IMG/VR virus record: IMGVR_UViG_3300037963_002171
Coordinates: 1,986 to 65,985 of that record
DNA from: a virus
Lineage: Duplodnaviria > Caudoviricetes
Strand: one strand, 5' to 3'
DNA: 64,000 nt
Positions within the stretch are counted from its first letter, which is position 1. The number at the start of each line of letters is the position of its first letter. The notes below the pieces were generated by a model. It saw only the letters and a program-made list of their open reading frames with translations, was not told the DNA's origin and searched no databases. Position numbers and translations under genes: made by a program. Below, piece by piece: positions 20,501 through 27,737 of this stretch.

Positions 20501-21821
20501 CACCCATAGTGGTCCAATTAATTGAATTAGTTGGCATACTAGAACTATATGTAAGTTCTAAAAAATCTATTGTAGCGTATTCATATGGTGAATAAGTGTC
20601 AACTAAATTAGCACCAAAAATATCTTCTCCAAATGGTCCTAAATCACCTTGACCATCTATTATATCATTTAACGTTTCAGATTCTATCGTTTTAAAAAAA
20701 ATATTTCCAAATGTGTAATCTATTTGTTCATTTAGTACATAATTTTCTGGATTATTTAAATTACCACCTTGAAACTCATAGTTCATGTTCATTTGATTAA
20801 GATACAGTCTTTCTTTAATGTACTCTACCCAATGTAAAAACAGTCCTTTACCATAAGTGGTTAACACAGTTCCTCCACCTGAAGAAGAATCTATAGAAGC
20901 AAGTAAAGTACCTGAAGCTAAAATTTCAAAACTAGAAACATATTCACTAGGTTCATTTACATTTGTAAAATTCCAATTAACTAAATTATTGGCTCCATTT
21001 GATGTTGCAATTTCAAAAATGTTAGTCACTTCTTCAACTAACTCTCCGTTAGAGTTTAATAAAGATATAGTTGATAATTCATTAAAAGCAGTAGAAATAT
21101 AACCACTCAACCAACTAGTGTTACTAGATTGCGATTGCCATACTTGTATATCTTCTGAGCTCATATTCACAACACCCCTATAAACACCTGAAACGCCACT
21201 TACAGATAAATCTACTTTAAAGGTCATTGAACCATAACCATTAATTTCATTAGGAAGAGTTGTTGTAAGAGTACTTACGTATGTCTCAAATTCAGATATT
21301 ATTTCTTCTGACGGAACCCAAGAGTTTACTGATGGGTTGCTTACTCCCAGTTGCGCTTGAATAAATTTAGGAAGATAAATAAATGTATTACCGAAATCAA
21401 CAGTACCTCCATTGCCATCATCTCCCCAATCATCTAACCATGCGTAGTTATAATAATACGCGCTTATATCCTCACCAGTACCAGCTTGTATGTTAAACAA
21501 ATTATTTGTAATACCATAGTTTATAATATCTTCACCTCCAAAAACATAATCATCTACTTCAAAGTATCCAGAAATGTCTGTAGCCCAATTAGAAATATTT
21601 GAAAGAATAGGTGTTGTAGTAACACTTTGAGTTCCTTGTGTTAAACCTAAAGCTTTTTTGTCGCTGTCATATGGTTGTGCAGATACATTACCACCCTCAT
21701 GAGAAACTAATCTAATATTCTTAGCATCTCTATAAGTATGGGGAGGCTGTAAAGAAGGGTCCATGTCCACCTTCATTCCCTTTAAAAAAGTATTTGGTTT
21801 TCCTTTTTTTCTTAAACTCAT
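14568..21821 (-). CDS. Tail muzzle / tail stabilization protein (P22 gp10-like), 2417 aa
   Basis: N-terminal FLKGMKVDMDP...YRDAKNIR, IYFTDG, KDNRLFCGN, YRRGEIYRFGILFYDKKG and GGDTF motifs typical of crAss-like muzzle proteins; follows the ring gene. Confidence 0.8.
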   Translation of the reverse strand: MSLRKKGKPNTFLKGMKVDMDPSLQPPHTYRDAKNIRLVSHEGGNVSAQPYDSDKKALGLTQGTQSVTTTPILSNISNWATDISGYFEVDDYVFGGEDIINYGITNNLFNIQAGTGEDISAYYYNYAWLDDWGDDGNGGTVDFGNTFIYLPKFIQAQLGVSNPSVNSWVPSEEIISEFETYVSTLTTTLPNEINGYGSMTFKVDLSVSGVSGVYRGVVNMSSEDIQVWQSQSSNTSWLSGYISTAFNELSTISLLNSNGELVEEVTNIFEIATSNGANNLVNWNFTNVNEPSEYVSSFEILASGTLLASIDSSSGGGTVLTTYGKGLFLHWVEYIKERLYLNQMNMNYEFQGGNLNNPENYVLNEQIDYTFGNIFFKTIESETLNDIIDGQGDLGPFGEDIFGANLVDTYSPYEYATIDFLELTYSSSMPTNSINWTTMGAIHNTNMMTDALYWTAAGFGQLAEQYFNELELPDSEEITIPEVLIASGQPSTYAVQVNTTWEETYAQGFTEAKKMQILGHYGFSDYLVLLGKWNDQADANGYPTDFVIKTAQKKDGTLSYPGDVGYELFYQGNLGFSDKKRVKVVGTEENEKVRRIYFTDGDIPLRTMNVAANQSIYYSVQNDPDSFNIFVKSKLSIPEVTGFGDGGALDSIAYSYCFRYKTADGRYSRMSPITNPACVPVSSKGTEAAFTKGGAPGTNTNKSIFGKIENLDLGFDSVEMIFIPYVNGAPGTAEVFATYPIPATGTIQWTHSGGEDSRIEIISAEFGTDNISWDSCKALGIKDNRLFCGNLTGTNVEIADNFKVRSYNSKNQKHSTVANPHLFKDLLYSHAGVTFNGDNVGIASPKNQNNGKYYYPEGPNWSIDYYRYIKGPGVAGEASAGLYDSFHGAPVQPVNSEGDINMQWSAKRGIFGAESDNFNTPLDNGQFEGVRVTFRMLDTTPESPAAPIQLDNKENLINSGDFAGCKPPFYNLDKNSTGYYASYANPVYNSNHVGYRRGEIYRFGILFYDKKGQPMFVKRIGDIRMPEHSTEYIKPEYSSSAISSAKAAWPWYYQTSRHSVDNGFSNWPNPSGDSDDYDDMNGNGPYGWHPQSPGEGQYAGVVYPYFEVKLSSDTTSKVGGYSIVRVPRTSDDRTIITSGILNRAVSYASVNEDTIYEFNNTEYEWNGANRTGMADRFGDDPIPFWTRTQQAYNSTSYGQPWATSPQTSAGDPAFVFSPNLMTTQYDNSQSPINLDATWHASNVYTIDSPETTCDDNFFLPGTSGGRLKIVESRYCIKQNVRNTRLADPSGNIPNNHEPWIGFFNKFLSGGNWNSSASTRYLPSGSYPDYTQGPWSIDLFACHLQPSLLMGEGVQVNTGEEVEFLDIGSWKHYFSRVSSGSTNWDSEMSQYAGDFFGDSDKDYAIDFDPADSVEYGYGIYTKFYSKRIGAYPMYGMARPDWIKRNISGTGQGMDIKQFGLAGAFEYPYAFISNNGYGSSFDATSYPSDVTSAETYLGTYEQGVRACNILPDVLRPQNGLNSDDGDFYRGEDIRRSDSTWPLNGYWYESNIQHMQIVSPGEEVDSGTLFSDRPYKNATMWHDFHKQNNNSDNPRAHNNPTDANYYKWTLGANTDTATDQVGNYSEENADYALGNRKIVLSLKHHGAMPITRHCIAKDNWKERVYLTFGNAAIGSNYPDPNWSQFSPEVTVASLTTGATANTLYGGNSVNAFNNNTFQSCGHFTPVNEESVGYVPGIGAFTRTGKNGHHVFGGDTFVCNYSVKKVHNPSDDSENFFDRTTFTGYTAPIETEVNLDLRYGTFLGSSTADISRYFEDDFGSITYNSSFNTENSILSFIAKPLDFVEVFEWPYTVSWSEPKFPGDYRDSFAVFTAGQFKDLDYSKGPITQLFLLQNELFALQSSGTCHLSVNPRIMIPSGEGKAITTITGTDAVLERYDYVSDSFGSQHIHGRAITPNSAYYYDDNACKFLKLGKSKSGGWSVVSLGDSLGMQSYFQSYNNKTIGDNPLSNTVVRHDASLSYDNNVKTWHSNYGSSDGAEIPGGIAIGYDIQYDEVLLTLYPHLEVPKTIVYNEKLDAFTSFISKRGAEYITYRNRMYTLYDNPEDESLNSLYLSNGYTDFSATDMTGLNLFSLQGTQESTATKYLNFGAEDFYIFANPTSEELLANNNINISQKSYKYPSDNIANLNNFVLKTNIMPYKEPVHIVGVINDEVVQPKVFDSFDVLINPEQDAYGHLYFRKFGFQGSANPNGIHEFDMTHVEDWQDSDGVPEFPYIILEGFSNSSPLYPAQNVWVSNEGVELNPTLPLPSFSGPYINDTVSSSSDYVNITPWYTYRDGVHNVPMRRMENGLTSDNSAENQFINVNGIGQMRENRVRGFYAIYSMVMGFNESTLDATFEVPDNDFRKNYTYNIFSVIPNYRYSKR

Positions 21822-21824
21822 TTG

Positions 21825-22484
21825 TTAAACATTAAGTAATCCATTTAAACTTTTAACTGGAACTAAAGTATTCCAGATTGCAGCTGCTTTTTTCATTTCT
21901 ATAGGAGAAGGCATATTGTCGTTTCCTCTAGCTTGAGCACAAAGTTGTGACCAATTTTGCTTTAAGTCCATATATATATATCTAGGAAGTTCTCCGTTAA
22001 AATAATCTCTTGATTTATATTTAAACATAATATAAGCAGATACAGCATCTTCATGATTATCTGCAATAGTAGGAAAACCTTCATCATCTGTATCTATAGC
22101 GTAATAAGCTATGTCTATAGATGAAATATCACTAGTAGAAATATTTATAGTATCTTCTGTTAAATAAAAAGTATTTTGTTTATCTACATCAGAAGGAAAA
22201 GATGCTGAACTTTGTGAAAAATAAGTGGAGCTAGAAGCATCACCTGTTTTCTTTATATCTATTAATTTTAAAAAATCAAAAGGTAATGAAGCTTGCTTGT
22301 TTACTATGTTTAGTGTTACACTTTTTTTTACAAAAGTTTTGTAAGAACCTATTTTTCTTTCAGCTTCAAAAGCCCATTCTACAAAATCATATAGGCTTCT
22401 AGAAGCATCAGTAACGTCTAAGTTTCTTATAACATTACCAACAACTCTTTTTACACTAACTCTTTTGCCAGACTGTCCATTCAT
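21825..22484 (-). CDS. Tail ring / tail tubular protein (P22 gp4-like)
   Basis: EWAFEAERKIG, LPFDF and IAYYAIDTDDEGFPTI motifs; crAss-like synteny. Confidence 0.75.
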   Translation of the reverse strand: MNGQSGKRVSVKRVVGNVIRNLDVTDASRSLYDFVEWAFEAERKIGSYKTFVKKSVTLNIVNKQASLPFDFLKLIDIKKTGDASSSTYFSQSSASFPSDVDKQNTFYLTEDTINISTSDISSIDIAYYAIDTDDEGFPTIADNHEDAVSAYIMFKYKSRDYFNGELPRYIYMDLKQNWSQLCAQARGNDNMPSPIEMKKAAAIWNTLVPVKSLNGLLNV

Positions 22485-22485
22485 A

Positions 22486-22911
22486 TTAATATTCTTTTAC
22501 TTCTTTAATAACTTTTTTAAATTTAGACAAAGGCAAAACTTTACATTTTTTAAATTTAGATGGTCTTAACCAAACTAATTTATTATAGTAGTTTTCTAAA
22601 ATAGGAACTTTATATTTTACAACTTCTCCAGTTCTTTCACTTTCTGCAATATCTAACCTTATGTGAAAAGGTCTTTTGTTTTTGCATTTCTTTACATATA
22701 TAGTTCCAAATCTATGAGGCAATCTAGCCTTTTCTCTATTGCTAGCCACCTCATCTATCATAACATCAAAAAACTTACTTACAATACTTCTGTATTCTGT
22801 GTAAGAAAGTTGCCTATCTCTAATAGTTCCCTTTACTTTTATATTTTTTTTTATTTTACTAAATACATCTTTTAAAAAAACATATTTATCTTTAAATTTT
22901 CTTATATCCAC
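22486..22911 (-). CDS. IHF/HU-like DNA-binding protein of the crAss-like structural module
   Basis: RLPHRFGTIYVKK, basic; position between ring genes; GTG start. Confidence 0.65.
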   Translation of the reverse strand: MDIRKFKDKYVFLKDVFSKIKKNIKVKGTIRDRQLSYTEYRSIVSKFFDVMIDEVASNREKARLPHRFGTIYVKKCKNKRPFHIRLDIAESERTGEVVKYKVPILENYYNKLVWLRPSKFKKCKVLPLSKFKKVIKEVKEY

Positions 22912-23624
22912 TATGCTTTACTTTTACTGCTTTGTTGTTTTTGTTTTGGAGCAACTGCTACTTTTTTAGCATCATTTCTTGAGTTATTCATATTATCTGA
23001 ATCAGTTTTCAAATAAATAGAAAATTCTATAGCTAAAATATTTTTAATTAATATTGATACTAATTCATCTGGTATAGGATATTGTGCTCCAGCATTAAAT
23101 CCTTTTACCTTTTCTGGATTAGCAGCTATAAATGATACAAATACTGTTTTACCTGTTACTAACTCACCAGGATTGTTATATATATACATGATATTATCTC
23201 TACCATCTGTTCCCCCAATAGTAGATGGATTATAACTTATAGTTGCATAATATCTGTTATCTGCTGGAGCAAATCTTGACATTTCAAAAAATTCTTTTTC
23301 AGACTCATTTACTATAGGTAAATTAAATTGTTCTGAGGAAGGAATAGTAGAATCGTTTCTTAAAACCACATCTACTATACCTCTGTTTTTTGAAAAACCT
23401 ACTAAATTAGGTATTTGAATTGTTCCATCAGTTAAGTCTTTTGAAATAGTTTGAGTCATTTCTCTAGCAATTCGTTTGCCACCTTTACTATATTCAAATA
23501 TTAACTTAGACCTATGGTAATGTACCATAGCTTTTATTTGGCGAATAGATAATGTAGAATCTTCACCAGATATACCTCCCTCTACTATGTTTTTAATATT
23601 ATATGCTATTTCGTTTAATGTCAT
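22911..23624 (-). CDS. Tail ring protein (crAss gene 73-like)
   Basis: MTLNEIAYNI...SIRQIK, YPIP motif and C-terminal DNMNNSRND; synteny. Confidence 0.65.
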   Translation of the reverse strand: MTLNEIAYNIKNIVEGGISGEDSTLSIRQIKAMVHYHRSKLIFEYSKGGKRIAREMTQTISKDLTDGTIQIPNLVGFSKNRGIVDVVLRNDSTIPSSEQFNLPIVNESEKEFFEMSRFAPADNRYYATISYNPSTIGGTDGRDNIMYIYNNPGELVTGKTVFVSFIAANPEKVKGFNAGAQYPIPDELVSILIKNILAIEFSIYLKTDSDNMNNSRNDAKKVAVAPKQKQQSSKSKA

Positions 23625-23636
23625 ATTTATAATTTT

Positions 23637-23673
23637 AAAAAGACAAGGGGCAGGGCGTACCTAACCCCTCATC
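23637..23673 (-). terminator. Intrinsic terminator-like hairpin at the end of the capsid operon
   Basis: Minus strand GATGAGGGGT/GCCCCTTGTC stem followed by TTTTT. Confidence 0.6.
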
Positions 23674-23691
23674 ACAAAGCAGGGAGCAAAA

Positions 23692-24723
23692 TTATTTTCC
23701 CTTTAATTGTTGTACTTCGTTAACTCCAAACTTATAGGTTTCATCACCTATGTTTGCTAATATCTTTCTTGCAGCAATCATACAAACTTCTTCCCTTCCA
23801 TGTGAAGGTAAAAACATTATATCATCAACTGATGTTGGGTTGGCTATATAAACCATAATTACCCTTTTTGCGGTCCCTGAAGGTATGTAGGTTATATTGT
23901 AATTTGATAATTCTTCTCCTTCTTGATAAGCATAAGTGTCTGTTTCTGTTAAAGGAACATAATTACCTTGATTAGTTGGGCCAAAAAAAGGTGACACTTC
24001 TGTTTCATTTACAGGTGCTGGTCTTATCCAATATACATCATCTGTTTTTACAGCTTTATAGTTTTTTTCATCCGCAGAGTTAAAAGGGTCATCTTCTGAT
24101 TTTACAAAATTATCTACACTTAATATATCCACTTCTTGACCAGCTTTTACTGTAAAATTAGGAATACCGTCTCCAGTAAATGTATTTATAGTTCCATCTA
24201 AAGTTCCTGGATAACTACCATCTGCATCTAATTCTGCAGTACTTAATTCACCTCCTGCATAAGCACCTTCTACAACTCTTAAACTTAAAAGAGTTCCTAC
24301 ATTTAAATCTACCCTATCTGCTTCTTCTATTAAAGTTGGTTCATCTGTTGGTTTATATGGCCTAAATGAAACACCTAAAACACTATAGTCTATACTATTG
24401 TTTTGAAAAGAAACATCCATTCCAAAAGTATTTTTTTCAACCTCTATATTAATCCCAGAAACATCTTCTGAATTTGCAGCATTACTTAACGTTGTATCTC
24501 CTGTTGTAAGCGTGGGCATAGAAAAGGTTACAGAACGAACAAAACCTCCTAAATCGTCTCTAAACTCTTGACTAGTGGAATATACGGAAACTCTTTCTCT
24601 AATGTACTCGTTTAGAGCCAATTCAAGAAAGCCGTTTATTTCACCATTTGTTAACCAAGGAGAGTCAGACCTATCTACAATAAGCCTAACTCTACTCCTT
24701 GCTGTCAATGCATTGTTTATCAT
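23692..24723 (-). CDS. Tail ring protein (crAss gene 74-like)
   Basis: DRSDSPWLTNGEINGFLELA N-terminus and LPSHGREEVCMIAA C-terminus; synteny. Confidence 0.65.
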   Translation of the reverse strand: MINNALTARSRVRLIVDRSDSPWLTNGEINGFLELALNEYIRERVSVYSTSQEFRDDLGGFVRSVTFSMPTLTTGDTTLSNAANSEDVSGINIEVEKNTFGMDVSFQNNSIDYSVLGVSFRPYKPTDEPTLIEEADRVDLNVGTLLSLRVVEGAYAGGELSTAELDADGSYPGTLDGTINTFTGDGIPNFTVKAGQEVDILSVDNFVKSEDDPFNSADEKNYKAVKTDDVYWIRPAPVNETEVSPFFGPTNQGNYVPLTETDTYAYQEGEELSNYNITYIPSGTAKRVIMVYIANPTSVDDIMFLPSHGREEVCMIAARKILANIGDETYKFGVNEVQQLKGK

Positions 24724-25436
24724 TTGCTACTTTTTTTATTTTTTTTAGTAGTAGCTTCCTGCTTTTGTTCAACCAAATCCATTTCCACCTTACCATTACC
24801 ATTTAATTGGTTTTTAAGTAATGCAAAAATATCTTTATTATCTTTTAACCATTTTATTACTTGGTCTTCTGAAATACCAATTACTTGACTTCCATACTTA
24901 AATGTATCTTTATCCCAAACAATTACATTAGATTGTTGTGCTTCTAATATAAATGTTCTGTAATGTTTATCTTCATCAAACCAAACAGACATAAAATAGT
25001 CTGGATTTTCTGCAGCAATTTTTAAAACATGTGCTTTAAGAATATCATCTCTAGAATCTAAATTTAATCCCAACAATCTTCCTAACTCTCTTACTTCAGC
25101 CATGTTTAATTTAGCTGCTTCCATAACTGCATTAGCTGATGTCATAATTGCATTAGCTTCTGCCTCTTGTCTTACAATAGAATCATCTCTTAACCAAGAA
25201 CCATTAGTAACTAAAGGATGTCCTTTTAAGAATTCATCTACTAATAAGTGGTGTTCTTCCATAATGTTTAAAGTTATTACAGGTTGAGTGCTTGGAAAGC
25301 CTCTGTGAGCTACACCATTTATGTCTGTATATGTGTGCATCTTACCTGTCTTATCTTTATAATTACCAAAGAATACATAACTCATCTTTGTAGGTGCTTT
25401 ACTTCTGTAGTGCACCATATGTTTATTTTTGCTCAT
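24720..25436 (-). CDS. Conserved capsid-module protein (crAss gene 75-like)
   Basis: AAENPDYF...IGISEDQVIKWLKD; position downstream of the major capsid gene. Confidence 0.55.
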   Translation of the reverse strand: MSKNKHMVHYRSKAPTKMSYVFFGNYKDKTGKMHTYTDINGVAHRGFPSTQPVITLNIMEEHHLLVDEFLKGHPLVTNGSWLRDDSIVRQEAEANAIMTSANAVMEAAKLNMAEVRELGRLLGLNLDSRDDILKAHVLKIAAENPDYFMSVWFDEDKHYRTFILEAQQSNVIVWDKDTFKYGSQVIGISEDQVIKWLKDNKDIFALLKNQLNGNGKVEMDLVEQKQEATTKKNKKSSK

Positions 25437-25442
25437 AATTTG

Positions 25443-25592
25443 TTATTTTAATTTTTGTCCATGTTTGCTAGTCCACTTCAAACCTGGCCCGCTTTGTTTA
25501 ATTAATAGACCACACCCGCTCTTTCGAGTAGACTTCGAGTGTTCTTCCACTTTCCCAGTATCTGGGTTATATTTTAATATTGTCCTTGCCAT
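25443..25592 (-). CDS. Small basic protein (49 aa, MARTILKYNPDTGKVEE...)
   Basis: Hand-translated ATG..TAA ORF filling an intergenic gap, with an A-rich leader. Confidence 0.55.
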   Translation of the reverse strand: MARTILKYNPDTGKVEEHSKSTRKSGCGLLIKQSGPGLKWTSKHGQKLK

Positions 25593-25600
25593 AATAAAAA

Positions 25601-25669
25601 ATACTTTACCCCCTCTGAATATTCATAGACCTTTAAGACTTTATAAAAATCTAAGAGGGGGATAAGTAT
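25601..25669 (-). other. Long imperfect intergenic hairpin (terminator or RNase III-type stem)
   Basis: ATACTT-TACCCCCTCT ... AGAGGGGG-AT-AAGTAT inverted repeat. Confidence 0.5.
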
Positions 25670-25679
25670 AAATTATATA

Positions 25680-26141
25680 CTAGTTATCAAATGTGATAGC
25701 AGCATAATTTTGTGCAAAAGCTTTTACATACCAGCTTGTTCCATCACAAACCAATTCTACTCTATCTCCTTTTAAAGAAGCAGAAGCAAATTGAATTTTA
25801 GTATTAGAAGAAGCGGCAACATCACCATCAGTAGCAGCATTTTCACCCTGAGTAGAACCATATATAGCTCCAACAAAATCTTCAGCGGCATCACCTTGAA
25901 CTATAGTTGACGCAGCTGTATCATAGTCAGCAGTCAATATAACAACAAAATTTAAACCCTCTGCAGCTCTTGGCAGGGTAACATCTACACCATTAGCGCC
26001 TAGTAAAATAACTTTACCAGAATCCGTGTCTTCCAAAGTAGTATCAGCCGAAACTGTTTTAGTTTGGATAAACGAACCATTTAAGCTTTTTAAGACATCA
26101 TCTGAATCAGCTGAACGTCTTACTGTAAATACATCTTTCAT
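25680..26141 (-). CDS. Putative head fibre/decoration protein
   Basis: DSGKVILL...VTLP...GLNF...GDRVELVCDGTSWYV is a common virion fibre domain pattern; lies in the capsid operon. Confidence 0.55.
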   Translation of the reverse strand: MKDVFTVRRSADSDDVLKSLNGSFIQTKTVSADTTLEDTDSGKVILLGANGVDVTLPRAAEGLNFVVILTADYDTAASTIVQGDAAEDFVGAIYGSTQGENAATDGDVAASSNTKIQFASASLKGDRVELVCDGTSWYVKAFAQNYAAITFDN

Positions 26142-26185
26142 TTTTTAATAATTTTTAAAGTTAACACTTAGTTTCCTATTTTTAA

Positions 26186-26220
26186 ATGATTAGAGGAGGG
26201 CTAAGTTCCCCCCTCGTCAC
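26186..26220 (-). other. Intergenic GC-rich hairpin
   Basis: Minus strand GAGGGGGG-AACTTAG-CCCTCCTC with outer GTGA/TCAT pairing. Confidence 0.5.
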
Positions 26221-26230
26221 ATTGATTTTA

Positions 26231-26545
26231 TTATGCTACGTATGAAATTTCACATTGAGTTACTTTATCTAAAGCAGCTACAACGTCTATAACGCCAGCT
26301 CTAGAATTAGCAATTAATTTGCAAATTTGTTCTAGCACAATTTCTTCGTTTGTAGCATTTGTTGTTAAAGTTGCTACCGCTACCGCATCACCATCTTCAG
26401 TTGTTGCTGTTTGGCTAGCTGCTTTAAAAGTTAAAGCAACCGCTTGGTCAGCTACATCTACAGATAATAATCCACTTGCTGGAAACAAACTACTTTCTGT
26501 AGTGCTTGCTGTATCTTCGAAGAATAAATATTTTTCTTTTGCCAT
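26231..26545 (-). CDS. Small capsid-operon protein, paralog family A
   Basis: KYLFF...FPAS...LTF...D...VLEQI pattern shared with neighbours. Confidence 0.7.
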   Translation of the reverse strand: MAKEKYLFFEDTASTTESSLFPASGLLSVDVADQAVALTFKAASQTATTEDGDAVAVATLTTNATNEEIVLEQICKLIANSRAGVIDVVAALDKVTQCEISYVA

Positions 26546-26567
26546 TTTATTTAAATTTTAAGGATTA

Positions 26568-26885
26568 TTAATTAGCTGCTGGTGTAATTGAAGTCACGCC
26601 AGTGATTTCAGAAGTAGCATATTTATTATCAACTGCATCAGCTAATTTTAAAAATGCACCAGCATTATAATTAGCAAACACTTCGCCTATAGCAATCATA
26701 GCTTTTTTACCATTATCGCCAGCTCCATATGTTAATTTTACAACATCAACACCGTCTGTACCAACAGCACCTCTAAAGTGCAAATCAATTTCATCAGGGT
26801 CGTTATATCTAGCTTCTACAAATGATTCTACTGGCCAAGCATTGGCATCATCATCTGAAGCTCTTACATATACAAATTTTTTCAT
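26568..26885 (-). CDS. Small capsid-operon protein, paralog family A
   Basis: KFVYVR...AWPV...LHF...DVVKL...AMIAI...LKLAD. Confidence 0.7.
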   Translation of the reverse strand: MKKFVYVRASDDDANAWPVESFVEARYNDPDEIDLHFRGAVGTDGVDVVKLTYGAGDNGKKAMIAIGEVFANYNAGAFLKLADAVDNKYATSEITGVTSITPAAN

Positions 26886-26951
26886 TTTTTATAATTTTAA
26901 AGTTAAGGGTAAGAGGAAATTTTTTCCTGTCACACATATTAAGTTTAATTA

Positions 26952-26984
26952 CGTGATGTTTAAAACCGCCATCACATTACGGTT
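26952..26984 (-). other. Compact H-type RNA pseudoknot (intergenic)
   Basis: mRNA AACCGU-AA-UGUGAUG-GCGGUU-UUAAA-CAUCACG; stem 1 is 6 bp and stem 2 is 7 bp. Confidence 0.6.
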
Positions 26985-27006
26985 GTATTTATTAAGCACC
27001 ATTATA

Positions 27007-27312
27007 TTAATCGTGCGTCAATGAGTTAACGTTAACTAAATCTGGATGCATAAATCTTCCTATAGTAACATCTGCTAGCTCAATAAAAGAACTAGAATGT
27101 CTTTGAGCATCAACAATAGCTTTCATAACTTCTTTATGTTTTCCTGTATTAATAGTAAATCTAGCAAGAGCTAATCCTCCATCATCACCTATAAATTGAA
27201 TTCTTAAACTAGTAGCACTAAATAAATGTATAGAACGAATAGAATGATATGGTATAGCTAAAGCTGTATCTGTATCATCTGCAGCACTTCTTGCATATAT
27301 AAATTTTTTCAT
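27007..27312 (-). CDS. Small capsid-operon protein, paralog family A
   Basis: KFIYAR...AIP...IQF...TGKHKEVMKAI...IELAD. Confidence 0.7.
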   Translation of the reverse strand: MKKFIYARSAADDTDTALAIPYHSIRSIHLFSATSLRIQFIGDDGGLALARFTINTGKHKEVMKAIVDAQRHSSSFIELADVTIGRFMHPDLVNVNSLTHD

Positions 27313-27337
27313 TTTTTAAGTTTTAAATATTAATACC

Positions 27338-27673
27338 CTATTCAGTTGTAGATGTAACAGATTGAATTCCACTATGAACATAATCCTGTGCATCATCATC
27401 AGCTATTGGAATAAATAAAGCTCTACTAGTACGACCTGCTTCTACTATAGCTCTTATTACATCTTTAGATGTTCCTGTAGTTATTTCTAAATCTACATTA
27501 GCTACGTCGTCACCAGTCTCATCTTCTACAGATTCTGCCTCTTTAGGCTCTATACTAATTAAGAGAGAAGTTGCATCTGTTAAAATAAAAGAACGTATTT
27601 TGTCTACAGGAAATGCCATTGTATTAGTAGCATTTTTTCTTACATAAAAAAATTTTATAGGTTTTGCACTCAT
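27338..27673 (-). CDS. Small capsid-operon protein, paralog family A
   Basis: KFFYVR...AFPV...TGTSKDVIRAI...IPIAD. Confidence 0.7.
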   Translation of the reverse strand: MSAKPIKFFYVRKNATNTMAFPVDKIRSFILTDATSLLISIEPKEAESVEDETGDDVANVDLEITTGTSKDVIRAIVEAGRTSRALFIPIADDDAQDYVHSGIQSVTSTTE

Positions 27674-27693
27674 TTTATTGTTTTTAAAGTTAA

Positions 27694-27729
27694 GATGGGG
27701 GAGGGGAGATTGAACTCCCCCGCGCCATC
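27694..27729 (-). other. GC-rich hairpin downstream of the major capsid gene
   Basis: Minus strand GATGG-CGC-GGGGGAG-TTCAAT-CTCCCCT-CCC-CCATC; no long U-tract. Confidence 0.55.
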
Positions 27730-27737
27730 AATTAAAT

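Noticed and set aside
27694-27729. tRNA-like T-arm (GGGAG-TTCAAT-CTCCC...CCA)
   Set aside because: Six-nt loop and no D or anticodon arms; kept as a simple hairpin.
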